Source of the DNA: an uncultured Candidatus Saccharibacteria bacterium
Lineage (GTDB): Bacteria; Patescibacteriota; Minisyncoccia; Phycocordibacterales; SBAW01
Assembly: GCA_964650645.1 (NCBI GenBank)
Contig: CAZYUH010000001.1
Span: forward strand, 475,099 to 539,098
Direction: 5' to 3'
Length of the DNA stretch: 64,000 bases
The notes beneath the pieces are model-generated. The model was not told the DNA's origin. It ran no database searches and saw only the letters and a list, made by a program, of their open reading frames with translations. Positions 28,258 to 45,260 of the stretch are shown one piece after another. The position numbers and the translations under genes were made by a program. Every line of letters starts with the position of its first letter. Position 1 is the stretch's first letter.

Positions 28258-28376
28258 GCTCCGCGAAATCGGCCGGCAAGCGATACCCGACTTTTCTGAT
28301 GAAAATCGGCTGATCCTCATTCCCGAGGGTCGTCAGACGATGCCTGCGGAGCCGCTTGCCGGCCGATTTCGCTTCG
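28258..28376 (+). repeat. Branched palindromic element, copy B (after khpA stop)
   Basis: 20-bp perfect arms 28263-28282/28353-28372; inner ccgacttttc/gaaaatcgg hairpin; core ctgatcctc...cctgcggagc; terminator-like hairpin at 28381-28413. Confidence 0.88.
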
Positions 28377-28438
28377 ACACGCGAAAGCCGCCTGCAGGGC
28401 GGCTTTCGCTTTTGCGCGTTCCGCGCTACCTTGGGTGC

Positions 28439-28873
28439 ATGGAGAAGGGGCTTATACGCGTATCGGTCATCGCCTTCTGCCATGACGGCAAGGGCAGGTA
28501 TCTCCTGGGCAAGCGCTCGGCGAATTGCCGCGACGAGCAGGGCAGATGGGATCCGGTCGCGGGCGGCGGCCTCAAGTTCGGGGAGACGGTAGAGGATGCC
28601 GCGCGCCGCGAAATAATGGAAGAAGGCTGCGCGGAAGCGAAAGAGCTGGAATTTCTCGGGTATCGAAACGTCTTCCGCGAGCAGGACGGCCAGCCGACGC
28701 ACTGGGTGGCCATGGACTTCAGGGCGCTTATAGACCCGGCGGAGGCGAAGATAGGCGAGCCGCACAAGTGCGATGAGCAGAAGTGGGTTACTATCGATGA
28801 GCTTGAAAGGATGCCCGACCTGCACTCGCAATTCCCAGTATTTATAGAAAGCTACCGAAGCAAACTTGTATGA
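28439..28873 (+). CDS. NUDIX hydrolase
   Basis: GGLKFGETVEDAARREIMEEG Nudix box. Confidence 0.9.
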   Translation: MEKGLIRVSVIAFCHDGKGRYLLGKRSANCRDEQGRWDPVAGGGLKFGETVEDAARREIMEEGCAEAKELEFLGYRNVFREQDGQPTHWVAMDFRALIDPAEAKIGEPHKCDEQKWVTIDELERMPDLHSQFPVFIESYRSKLV

Positions 28874-29520
28874 ATTTCCACGTCGTAACGCTCTTTCCGG
28901 AGGTTGTCGAGGCGTACGCGCAGGCCTCGATACTCGGCCGCGCGCAGAAGCAGAAGCTCCTGAAAGTGAAGGCTTACCAGCTGCGCGATTACGCCGGCAA
29001 CAAGTGGGGTAAGGTGGACGAGCGCCCCTACGGCGGCGGCCCGGGCATGGTCCTGCGCGCCGAGCCCGTCATAAAGGCGGTGGAGAAGATCAGGAAGGGC
29101 AAGGCGAAAGTGAAGGTGCTCGTCACTTCCGCGGGCGGCAAGCCGCTCACCAATGCCTATGCGAAGGCCCTTTTGAAGAACAAGGACGTCGTCATCGTCT
29201 GCGGCCGCTACGAAGGCATCGACGCGCGCGCCATGAAGGCGCTCAGGGCCGAGGAGGTATCCGTAGGCCCGTACATCCTGACGGGCGGCGAGGTGCCGGC
29301 CATGGCGATCATCGACTGCGCCGCGCGCCAGATAAGGGGCGTGCTCGGAAAGTTCGAGAGCCTGGAAGAGAGCAGGGTAGCGAGCCACGATATCTACACC
29401 CGCCCCGAGGTCCTGGAGGTGAAGGGCAAAAAGTACCGCGTGCCCAAGGTCCTGCTGAGCGGCCATCATGCCAAAAAAGACGAATGGAAGAATGAGCGGC
29501 GCTCGAATCCCGGTGCATAA
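28870..29520 (+). CDS. trmD: tRNA (guanine-N1)-methyltransferase
   Basis: VTLFPE, DERPYGGGPGMVL, CGRYEGID, SVGPYILTGGE, YTRP, LLSGHH. Confidence 0.97.
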   Translation: MNFHVVTLFPEVVEAYAQASILGRAQKQKLLKVKAYQLRDYAGNKWGKVDERPYGGGPGMVLRAEPVIKAVEKIRKGKAKVKVLVTSAGGKPLTNAYAKALLKNKDVVIVCGRYEGIDARAMKALRAEEVSVGPYILTGGEVPAMAIIDCAARQIRGVLGKFESLEESRVASHDIYTRPEVLEVKGKKYRVPKVLLSGHHAKKDEWKNERRSNPGA

Positions 29521-29603
29521 CCCGCATTGACCCATAGTCCCGCTTTGATACGCTCATGGAGGTGTTCGTTCCCGCACCTTTTCATGCAAAGGAGGATGAC
29601 CGC

Positions 29604-29885
29604 ATGTCCCAGGTAAAGCAGAATCGGGCGCATTCGGCAGGACAGGAGAACGGCAGGCTTGTCGCAGGCGCGCTGGTTATGGTTAAGCGGAGCTTCAGCG
29701 CCGTGCCGGCCTCCGGCTCAAGGGCGAAAATACGCATTTCCGCCGGCACTACGGGCATAATCGAGGACGGCGTCGTAAAGTCGTGCGTCGTAGGGGAGCC
29801 GGACCTCCCTTTCATCAGCTTTGAAAAGCCCGGCGGCCGCGTCGTGTGCGTCGCCGCCGACCCTTCCGCTATAGCGCCGCTGTAG
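29604..29885 (+). CDS. Hypothetical protein
   Basis: AAGGAGG SD before ATG 29604; terminator hairpin at about 29907-29932. Confidence 0.55.
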   Translation: MSQVKQNRAHSAGQENGRLVAGALVMVKRSFSAVPASGSRAKIRISAGTTGIIEDGVVKSCVVGEPDLPFISFEKPGGRVVCVAADPSAIAPL

Positions 29886-30255
29886 CGCATAGGGCCCGAT
29901 TCCAGAGCCGCCGGCGCATGCCGGCGGCTTTTTCCTTGTGGACGGGCCGTTTGACAGCCCTGCATATATGGCTATACTGAATAGCGAAACCAACGGGCAG
30001 GCCGCGGGGGCCATGAGTGAGTATCGAGTGGGGGTTTCGATACAACTAAAGAGGTGTGGATACTTTCACCTAAAGCTTCATAAGGAAGCAGGGGAGCCCT
30101 TTGGGCGACCCGGATTTTTCGTGTTTTGGCTGTGTGCATAAGTCAGTTGACTCCTAAGCATTTGTGCGAATAGCCATTGCCAGGAAAGAGAGAGGTGGGT
30201 GCGTCGGGCGCAGGTGCGGGTCCCTTTATCAACGTCCCTTCATCTTACAATCATC

Positions 30256-37107
<6,852 letters not shown>

Positions 37108-37163
37108 CGCGAAAAATTATAAAAAAGATAAAGGCCGCGGATGGAAATCCGCGGCCTTGTCCG

Positions 37164-37805
37164 TTATTCGTCACCTTCGAGCTTCCAGGCAAGGCTATGG
37201 CTTGTCTGCCCGCCGCCCGCTTCTTCCTTGCGGAAGGCGCCGGCTTCGAATCTCTTCCAAGCCTCCCGCCATTCATTTGCATGCGCCTCGAGTATGAGCT
37301 CGTCGTGGAACGCGCCGCGGCGCAGCGTGTGCTTCTTGAGCCGGGCGACGACCTTGTACCCGCACTTCTCGCTATACGCCTTGCTGCGGCCGTTGAAGGC
37401 TATGACCCTCGATTCGACCTTGCGCAGCCCCAGCTCATTGAATGCCCAGTTAAGGAGCAGCATCTTGGCATCGCTGCCGAAGCCTTTGTTGCAGTGGTCC
37501 TCGAGCATGACGGCCCCGGTTACGGCCCGGCGGTTTATCCAGTCTATCCTGTGGAGCCCCATGGTTCCGACAGGGGTCCGTTTCCCATCCTTGAGCGCTA
37601 TGACGAACACGGCGTTGTTGTCGGACGTGTTCGCCCTCTCTACCCACTCCAGTTCTTGCTTCTCGCCTATGGGCATGGCGCGTCCGAGGTATTGCCGGCT
37701 TTCAGGCTCGTTCTGGAGCCTTAGCGCGAGCGGTATGTGCGCCCGCCCGGGCACGATAAGCGAGCAGCGGGCGTTTGCATGCGTTAGGAACGGCGGCATC
37801 TGCAT
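37164..37805 (-). CDS. GNAT acetyltransferase, RimJ/RimL-like
   Basis: AGGAG SD; VGTMGL..IDW.NR, KGFGSDA, WAFNELGLRK, NGRS..EKCGY. Confidence 0.88.
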   Translation of the reverse strand: MQMPPFLTHANARCSLIVPGRAHIPLALRLQNEPESRQYLGRAMPIGEKQELEWVERANTSDNNAVFVIALKDGKRTPVGTMGLHRIDWINRRAVTGAVMLEDHCNKGFGSDAKMLLLNWAFNELGLRKVESRVIAFNGRSKAYSEKCGYKVVARLKKHTLRRGAFHDELILEAHANEWREAWKRFEAGAFRKEEAGGGQTSHSLAWKLEGDE

Positions 37806-38033
37806 ATGAATCTCCTGTTGTGAAAGAACCGCGCTGGTACGAAAAGCTCCGGCTTTCGTCCAGCCGGAGTCCTTCAATACTGAGCGTGAGGAGATGTATT
37901 AAATGACTGCGCTTGGACGAATTGCACGGGCAAGGGCCCCCGAGATGGAGGTCCATGCATGCTTATTCATCTGTGCGCAGCGATTCTGCATATTCCACAT
38001 ATATCCTGCAAATGCATTCCTGTCAATATAAAG

Positions 38034-38067
38034 AAAAAAGCCGCCTCCGTAAGGAGTGCGGCCTTTT
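38034..38067. terminator. Intrinsic terminator
   Basis: aaaaaagccgc-ctccgtaaggag-tgcggcctttt. Confidence 0.7.
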
Positions 38068-38084
38068 CGATGCGCCCCGGCTTT

Positions 38085-38180
38085 CTAGAAGAAGTCGAAG
38101 CTGACCAGTGTGGAGCAGAAAAGGATAGCGCCGAAGAAGAAAGGAGAGACGAAGACGGTGAGCGCGACGGTCTTGAACAT
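38085..38180 (-). CDS. 31-aa hydrophobic peptide MFKTVALTVFVSPFFFGAILFCSTLVSFDFF
   Basis: Translated by hand; AGGAGG SD, consensus promoter upstream, terminator downstream. Confidence 0.65.
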   Translation of the reverse strand: MFKTVALTVFVSPFFFGAILFCSTLVSFDFF

Positions 38181-38210
38181 CGAAACCTCCTGAATGAACT
38201 GTATAGATTA

Positions 38211-38239
38211 ATTATACACCCAAATAGTATACTTGTCAA
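38211..38239 (-). promoter_or_regulatory. Perfect-consensus sigma70 promoter
   Basis: TTGACA (38239-38234)-17 bp-TATAAT (38216-38211). Confidence 0.88.
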
Positions 38240-38319
38240 GTATGTTGGGTGTGGGGTAAAAAAGCTTGCAGGACACAAGAAAAGCGCCGCTCCCGAAGGA
38301 TGCGGCGCTTGTGTATGGG

Positions 38320-38547
38320 TTATGGGTGTTTTATTAAGGCTATCACTGTCCCAAAACAAGCTATACCTATTAGAACCAGAATTACATACTCCACTAGTTT
38401 CCTCCTGGTATTGGCGGGCGTCTCCCGTTCCTTCTCGTCGGGCTCTTCAGCCAGGAGCCTTTTACAGAAAGGACACTGTGCTTTGTCTTTTCCTCCTCTT
38501 GCTCCTTTTATGAGCAGTCCGCAATGGGGGCATGCAACGGTCTTCAT
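38320..38547 (-). CDS. Zn-ribbon protein with C-terminal TM
   Basis: CPHC...CPFC plus hydrophobic C-terminus; start overlaps the upstream stop (ATGA). Confidence 0.7.
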   Translation of the reverse strand: MKTVACPHCGLLIKGARGGKDKAQCPFCKRLLAEEPDEKERETPANTRRKLVEYVILVLIGIACFGTVIALIKHP

Positions 38548-38732
38548 TCTTCTCTCCGTCCTGTGCCGTCATTCTCCGGGCGCTTCTCTATGAGGTGGAA
38601 TATTATGCCGGCGCCCGCTAAGATGCCGGCAACCTCTCCGCCGGATCCCAACAGGGAGCGCCCTGCGAGCGCAAGCAGCGCCATTAGGGCGAACATGAGG
38701 ATGCTCACCTTCCTGTAATGCTTGGCGGGCAT
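38544..38732 (-). CDS. Small 2-TM membrane protein
   Basis: 62 aa, two hydrophobic helices, purine-rich SD. Confidence 0.6.
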   Translation of the reverse strand: MPAKHYRKVSILMFALMALLALAGRSLLGSGGEVAGILAGAGIIFHLIEKRPENDGTGRREE

Positions 38733-38735
38733 CTC

Positions 38736-38849
38736 CTATTCCTCCTCGTCGGGTTCGTCCATGAGCGGCTTGAGGGGCTTGCCGCAGTGCGGGCACTCGT
38801 AGTCGTCTTCATCCACTACGCCATCGCATTCATCGCAATACTCATCCAA
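38736..38849 (-). CDS. Tiny acidic Zn-ribbon protein (about 37 aa)
   Basis: Translated by hand: DEYCDECDGVVDEDDYECPHCGKPLKPLMDEPDEEE; TTG start after GAAGGGA is tentative. Confidence 0.6.
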   Translation of the reverse strand: MDEYCDECDGVVDEDDYECPHCGKPLKPLMDEPDEEE

Positions 38850-38932
38850 CGGGAATCCCTTTCTTTTCCAATGAGCCTGCATACACAAATACGCTTAAAT
38901 AAAGGTCATGTCAAGTGGTATACTATGGCTAC

Positions 38933-40576
38933 ATGGATACCGAGGTGCAGCAGGTGAAGGACCGCGTCAACATCGCCGAGGTGGTGGGGCAGTACGTGCA
39001 GCTGAGGCGCGCGGGGCGCAACTTCTCGGGCCGCTGCCCGTTCCACAACGAGCGCACGCCTTCCTTTATGGTGTCTCCCGAGCGCGGCACCTACATATGC
39101 TTCGGGTGCGGCGAGAAGGGCGACGTGTTCAGCTTCCTCCAGAAGATGGACGGCACCGACTTCCCGACGGTCCTCAAGCAGCTGGCAGAGAAGGCGGGCG
39201 TCACGCTCAAGCCCCGCGCGCGCGACCCGCGCGCCGCAGAGGCGCGCGAGCAGGAGAAGGAGAGGGAAGAGAGGCTCCGCGAGGCCTGCGAAGAGGCGGT
39301 GGCGTTCTATGAGGCGGAGCTTGCGAAGCGCGCCGACGTCCTGGAGTATCTGAAGGCGCGCGGCGTGACGCAAGAAAGCGCCAAGTCGTGGCGGCTGGGC
39401 TACGCGCCCGCCGCGTGGGAGGCGCTGTCGAAGCATCTCGTCGCGAAGGGGTTCGGGCACCCCGATATCGTCGAGGCGGGCTTCGCCGTGCGCTCGGAAA
39501 AGCGGCCGGGCGAGATATTCGACCGCTTCCGCGGGCGCATCATCTTCCCCATATTCGACGCGGGCGGCGCGCCCATTGCCGTGTCGGGCCGGTTCTATGA
39601 GAAGATTCCGGGGCAGTCGGACGGCGCGGAGCCCGCGAAATACGTGAATTCGCCCGAGACGGCGCTGTTCAGGAAGTCCAGGGTCCTGTACGGGTTCGAC
39701 CGCGCGCGCGCGGCTATTCGCCGCGCCGACTGCATCCTCTTAGTAGAGGGCCAGTTCGACCTCGTCATGGCCCACCAGTCGGGCCTGCCGTTCGCCGTGG
39801 CGCTCTCCGGCACGGCGCTTACGCAGGAACACCTTGCCCTTCTCGGGCGCCTTTCCAAGCGGCTCGTGCTCGCGCTCGATGCCGACGCGGCAGGCCTGCG
39901 CTCGGGGCTCAAGTCGGCGCTCATGGCCATGCAGGCGGGCTTCGACGTGAAAGTGCCCGCGTTCGCGCCCGGGAAGGATCCGGCCGACGTCGCGCGCGAC
40001 AACCCCGAGCTCCTCAAGGCGGCGGTGCGCACCTCGGCGACCGCCATAGAGTTCTTCATGGACGCCCTGCGCCCCGCGGCACGGGACGCGCGCGCGTACC
40101 AGAAGGCGGTCGAGCTCCAGGTGTTGCCGCTCGTCGCGGCCGTCGAAAGCACCATTGAGCGCGAGCATTTCATACGCATCATCGCGCAGAAGCTCAGCGT
40201 GCCTGAGGCGGCGGTCCGCGACGAAGTCGCCAAGCGGCCGAGCCTGCCCGAGGAGGATTCACCGCTTCTTCACCAGCCGGACGCACAATTGGCATCTGAT
40301 CCGCTAGGGAGCTTGAGCCCGCTCGACAGGAAGGCCGCCATGCTCGTATTCAATTTCAGCCGCGATTCCGCGGAGCGCGGGCGGCTGGACGCCCTCGTGG
40401 GCGCCGACCGCGCGGCGCGCCTGGAGGCCGACCTTGCGGAGCAGGCCGAGGCCCTGCGGTTCAGGTTCGAGGCCGAGGTGGGGGAGCATACGACGCCTGA
40501 AGCCATAGCGGCGGACATGCTCGCCGACATCGAGCGCGTGGCGGCGCGCGAGCGCATCAAGCTGAGGTTCCTGTAG
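38933..40576 (+). CDS. dnaG: DNA primase
   Basis: CPFHNERTPSF, CFGCG, DRFRGRIIFPI, KYVNSPET, VEGQFD, DADAAG, KDPAD. Confidence 0.96.
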   Translation: MDTEVQQVKDRVNIAEVVGQYVQLRRAGRNFSGRCPFHNERTPSFMVSPERGTYICFGCGEKGDVFSFLQKMDGTDFPTVLKQLAEKAGVTLKPRARDPRAAEAREQEKEREERLREACEEAVAFYEAELAKRADVLEYLKARGVTQESAKSWRLGYAPAAWEALSKHLVAKGFGHPDIVEAGFAVRSEKRPGEIFDRFRGRIIFPIFDAGGAPIAVSGRFYEKIPGQSDGAEPAKYVNSPETALFRKSRVLYGFDRARAAIRRADCILLVEGQFDLVMAHQSGLPFAVALSGTALTQEHLALLGRLSKRLVLALDADAAGLRSGLKSALMAMQAGFDVKVPAFAPGKDPADVARDNPELLKAAVRTSATAIEFFMDALRPAARDARAYQKAVELQVLPLVAAVESTIEREHFIRIIAQKLSVPEAAVRDEVAKRPSLPEEDSPLLHQPDAQLASDPLGSLSPLDRKAAMLVFNFSRDSAERGRLDALVGADRAARLEADLAEQAEALRFRFEAEVGEHTTPEAIAADMLADIERVAARERIKLRFL

Positions 40577-40628
40577 GGCTTTCTGCAGAACCTCCCATTT
40601 TTGCCGGTAATGTGATATAATAATGAAA

Positions 40629-41879
<1,251 letters not shown>

Positions 41880-41985
41880 CACCCGGCCCCGTTATGCCGC
41901 TTGAATATCGAAGGGATTCGTACTAAAATCTTCATTTGGTGCGAAGGCGCCATTAACGCATCCTTCAGATTCAAAGCATAAGCAT

Positions 41986-42486
41986 ATGGACCACGGAAAG
42001 AAATTCGCCACCGCCTTCAACTGCATGGACGGCCGCTGCCAGGACGAGGTGCGCCGCTTCGCGTGCTCGCACTCGGGCGCGGGGTACGTCGACATGGTCG
42101 CGCTCGCCGGCATGGACGGCGTGCTGGCTGGCAAGACCCCGGCAGTGCCGCTCGACTCGGCGGCGGCCATAGCGCTGGCGCGCTACGAGGCAGAGGTGTC
42201 CACTAAGACGCACGGCTCGACGCGCGCGTTCGTCATAGGGCACACGGGGTGCGCCGGCAACCCGGTGACCGACGAGGAGCATATGCATGACATACGCAAG
42301 GCGGTCGAGACCGTGCGCTCGTGGGGGCTGTTCGAGTCCGTCGAAGGCCTCATGGCCATGCCCGACGCGCTGGGCGAATGGTGCCTGTATTCGGTGGAGG
42401 GCGCCGCGCCGGTGAAGGTGGTAACGGGCAGGCGCGGATGGGGCATCATCCGCTTCCCGATGCTGCGCCCGCAGGCGCGGCCGTAG
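41986..42486 (+). CDS. Putative beta-type carbonic anhydrase-like protein
   Basis: CMDGR and HTGC motifs (Cys/His/Cys Zn ligands plus Asp-Arg dyad). Confidence 0.75.
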   Translation: MDHGKKFATAFNCMDGRCQDEVRRFACSHSGAGYVDMVALAGMDGVLAGKTPAVPLDSAAAIALARYEAEVSTKTHGSTRAFVIGHTGCAGNPVTDEEHMHDIRKAVETVRSWGLFESVEGLMAMPDALGEWCLYSVEGAAPVKVVTGRRGWGIIRFPMLRPQARP

Positions 42487-42579
42487 CCGCCCGAAGGCCC
42501 GCTTCCTGAGAACTCCCGCCGCGACGGCGGTTTTTTTCTGCCTGATTCCTTCATGCGGCCGCTTGGTATACTAAAGGGG

Positions 42580-43446
42580 ATGGCGGCGAAACGAGCCAAG
42601 CAGAACGCGCTCCCCATACGGCACTGGAGCCACTCGAGCCTCATGGCGTTCCTTAGGAACCCCCTGGCGTGGCACAAGCGCTATGTCGAGATGGTGTTCG
42701 ATACGCCGTCGGGGCCCGCGGGCGTGGTGGGCCGCGCCTGCCACAAGGCGCTGGAGCACTATTATTCGGGCATGGGAAGCGAAGCAGCCGTCGAGCTGGG
42801 GCTCGAGTACCTGCGAGGGGTGGCGGACTTCGAGATCAATTTCGGCAAGGCGGTAACGACCAAGGCGGCCCGCCGCAAGAAGCGCGAGAGCATGGAGCGC
42901 GAGTACGCGCAGGCCGCGGGCTTCTTCCTTTCGAACCCGCCCCGGTACAAGGTGGTGGCGGTCGAGCACAAGGCGACCGTCGAGGTGAGCGGCCTGCCCC
43001 TTCCCATAAAGGCGGTGTCGGACCTGGTGGCGGTCTCCAAGGTGGACCCTAAGGGGCTCGATATCGTCGACTACAAGTTCGTCGCGGCGTTCAGCCCCAC
43101 CAAGGCCGACAAGGCGCTCTTCGTCATGCAGGCGATATTCAACTACTACGCGGTCAAGAAGACGTTCGGCAAGCCGGTGCGGCGCTTCATCGTCCACGAG
43201 GTGAAGGTTACGCGCAATGCCGACGGCCGCCCGCAGGTGCGCCGCTACATCATCGATTTCAGGACGTTCAGGCGCGAGTTCATCGTGTTCAACCGGCTCT
43301 TGCGCGACGCCACCGCGGCGCTCGCGGGCATGCGCGTGTTCCTCCCCAACCCTTCCGACATTTTCGAGGGCGAGAACAGCTTCGACATCTACCGCATCAA
43401 CCTGCCCATGGAAGAGTCGGACGCCCGCTTCCGGCCCGACGAATGA
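42580..43446 (+). CDS. PD-(D/E)XK nuclease family protein (RecB/AddB-like)
   Basis: WSHSSL, GRACHKALE, VEH, SDLV, IVDYK, QAIFN. Confidence 0.8.
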   Translation: MAAKRAKQNALPIRHWSHSSLMAFLRNPLAWHKRYVEMVFDTPSGPAGVVGRACHKALEHYYSGMGSEAAVELGLEYLRGVADFEINFGKAVTTKAARRKKRESMEREYAQAAGFFLSNPPRYKVVAVEHKATVEVSGLPLPIKAVSDLVAVSKVDPKGLDIVDYKFVAAFSPTKADKALFVMQAIFNYYAVKKTFGKPVRRFIVHEVKVTRNADGRPQVRRYIIDFRTFRREFIVFNRLLRDATAALAGMRVFLPNPSDIFEGENSFDIYRINLPMEESDARFRPDE

Positions 43447-43447
43447 A

Positions 43448-43475
43448 AAACCCCCGGCCGTTCGGCCGGGGGTTT
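43448..43475. terminator. Bidirectional terminator
   Basis: aaacccccggccg-tt-cggccgggggttt between convergent genes. Confidence 0.75.
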
Positions 43476-43485
43476 CATTGTGCGC

Positions 43486-44262
43486 TTACTGCGTCTCCGG
43501 AGAGGAAGTGGGCTGGGGCGCGCCGGCCTCGACCGTGCCGCCCGCTGCCGAGCCGCCGGCCGGGGCGACGTCGGCGCCGCCCGGGACCGAGGAGAGGACC
43601 GCGTCAATGGCCGCGCGCATCGAGGAGTACGGCTGGGCGCCCGAGAGCGCTACCGCGTCCTCGCCGACCATGATGAGCGTGTAGGGCGTGCCCTGGCCGC
43701 CGGCCTTTATAGCCTCGTTGTAGCTGTCGGTAATCTTCTTGGTGAACTTGCCTGAAGAAAGGCAGGCGTTGAAGGTGTCGGTGTTAAGGCCGACCTGGCC
43801 CGCGATGACGGGGAGCTGTGCGAGGTCCAGCCCGTTATTGGACGGCGTTACCTCGAACAGCTTGCTGATGTAGGAGAAGTACGCCGTATCGCCGCCCTGG
43901 TCCGCCGCGCACTCGGCCGCCTCGGCTTCTTTAGGGGCCTTGGGGTGGATGGATGCGAGAGGGAAGGGGCGCAGGACCCATGCCACCTTGCCGGAAGGGC
44001 CGTAGTACTCCATTACCTGGTGCATGGTGGCATCGAAGAGCTTGCAGTGCTGGCACTCGAGGTCCATGTACTCGACGACCTTGACCGGCGCGTCCGGGTT
44101 GCCGAGGATGTGGTCCAGGGCAGGGTCGTAGGCGCGCACGTTCTGCGGGTTGTCGGTGTTGGACGGGGTGGCCGTGCCCGACTTGCCGGCCCAGAAGACC
44201 GCGCCCGCGATAACGAGCCCTGCGACGACGATGGTAATAGGCAGTGCGTAATTTCTGTTCAT
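43486..44262 (-). CDS. DsbA/BdbD-family thiol-disulfide oxidoreductase
   Basis: N-terminal TM, GNPDAPVKVVEY..ECQHC, FPL, GTP cis-Pro loop. Confidence 0.9.
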   Translation of the reverse strand: MNRNYALPITIVVAGLVIAGAVFWAGKSGTATPSNTDNPQNVRAYDPALDHILGNPDAPVKVVEYMDLECQHCKLFDATMHQVMEYYGPSGKVAWVLRPFPLASIHPKAPKEAEAAECAADQGGDTAYFSYISKLFEVTPSNNGLDLAQLPVIAGQVGLNTDTFNACLSSGKFTKKITDSYNEAIKAGGQGTPYTLIMVGEDAVALSGAQPYSSMRAAIDAVLSSVPGGADVAPAGGSAAGGTVEAGAPQPTSSPETQ

Positions 44263-44363
44263 ATGGGACTATTGTAGCCCCGCTATGCCCGCCTGCAAAC
44301 TACTTGACACTAATGCTTAATTAATTTTAAATATTCACAGATTTCAAAAACAGGAGTAGTCTT

Positions 44364-44642
44364 GTGACCTTATTCAAACGCCGCATCCTATGCGCCCTTA
44401 TGTTTCTCGCTGGCGCCGCGTTCTGCAATATCGCCTTCCAGTACCTTGGGTTCGTTCCCGGCTTGGTGGTGACCGAGCGCTCCAGCGTCTGCGGGCATGC
44501 AAGGCAAGGGCTGCCGGACTGGGATGCGTTCCTCAACTACGTCAGTTTCGTCGGGCTCCTCCTGCTTTCGTTCGTCCTTATCCAGCAGGTCGTCGAGCGC
44601 GCGGCAGAGAAGCCGCGCAATGGGTATGAGCGGCGCGAATGA
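44364..44642 (+). CDS. Small 2-TM hypothetical protein
   Basis: AGGAG SD before GTG; TTGACA and AT-rich tract upstream; two hydrophobic helices. Confidence 0.6.
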   Translation: MTLFKRRILCALMFLAGAAFCNIAFQYLGFVPGLVVTERSSVCGHARQGLPDWDAFLNYVSFVGLLLLSFVLIQQVVERAAEKPRNGYERRE

Positions 44643-44687
44643 CGCCGCAATGCGGCCCCGCTTCATACGGAAGCGGGGCCTTTTCCT

Positions 44688-45260
44688 TTAAAAGGGGAGC
44701 GTGTGGGTGATGGAGGGCGCGTCGGAAGCCTCCTCCCATTTGGAGGTGTCGAGCTTGATGTCGCGCACGCCGTCGTAATCCTTGTACTTGAGCCTCTTGT
44801 GCTTCATGGCGTAGCGGTACAGCTCGTCGGTTATCGCGACGTCGTCGAGGCAGTACTGCATGACCTTCTCCTTGAGCCCCTGCTTCCACCATTCAACGGC
44901 CTCGAGCCCGTGGCCGGTCTTCTTCTTGCCGAGCGTCGCCTCGGCGACGCCGTCGAGCTTGAGCCTGCGGCCCAATACCGCGCGTATCTCCTTGAGGAGG
45001 TCGACGCTCTTGAACTTCGTGAGGTCGCCGGCGTAGTACTTGTTGAGGATGGGGATGTCGAAGTGGTCCGAGTTGTAGCCCACCAGGAGGTCGGCGCTCT
45101 CCATGAGCGGCCAGAGCTTCCCGAGGTCCTCCTTGTAGTAGCCGGTGAGCTTTTTCGTCTCGGAGTCGTACGCGCCCACGACCGTGACCTCGAGCTGGCT
45201 GAAGTCGCCGTTGCCCTTGAACACCCCCTCCGTTTCTATGTCAAACGTGATGCGCCGCAT
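44688..45260 (-). CDS. RNase H-like / DEDD exonuclease-fold protein (YprB-like)
   Basis: FDIET, VGYNSDHFD, LKLD, YCLDDV. Confidence 0.85.
   Translation of the reverse strand: MRRITFDIETEGVFKGNGDFSQLEVTVVGAYDSETKKLTGYYKEDLGKLWPLMESADLLVGYNSDHFDIPILNKYYAGDLTKFKSVDLLKEIRAVLGRRLKLDGVAEATLGKKKTGHGLEAVEWWKQGLKEKVMQYCLDDVAITDELYRYAMKHKRLKYKDYDGVRDIKLDTSKWEEASDAPSITHTLPF

Noticed and set aside
28296-28306. CTGATGA followed by AAA in element B as a hammerhead ribozyme
   Set aside because: No stem II between CUGAUGA and a GAAA, and the motif is absent from copies A and C.
42580-43446. PD-(D/E)XK nuclease as Cas4 or a defence system
   Set aside because: No Fe-S Cys cluster, no array and no partner genes; it is a solo gene.
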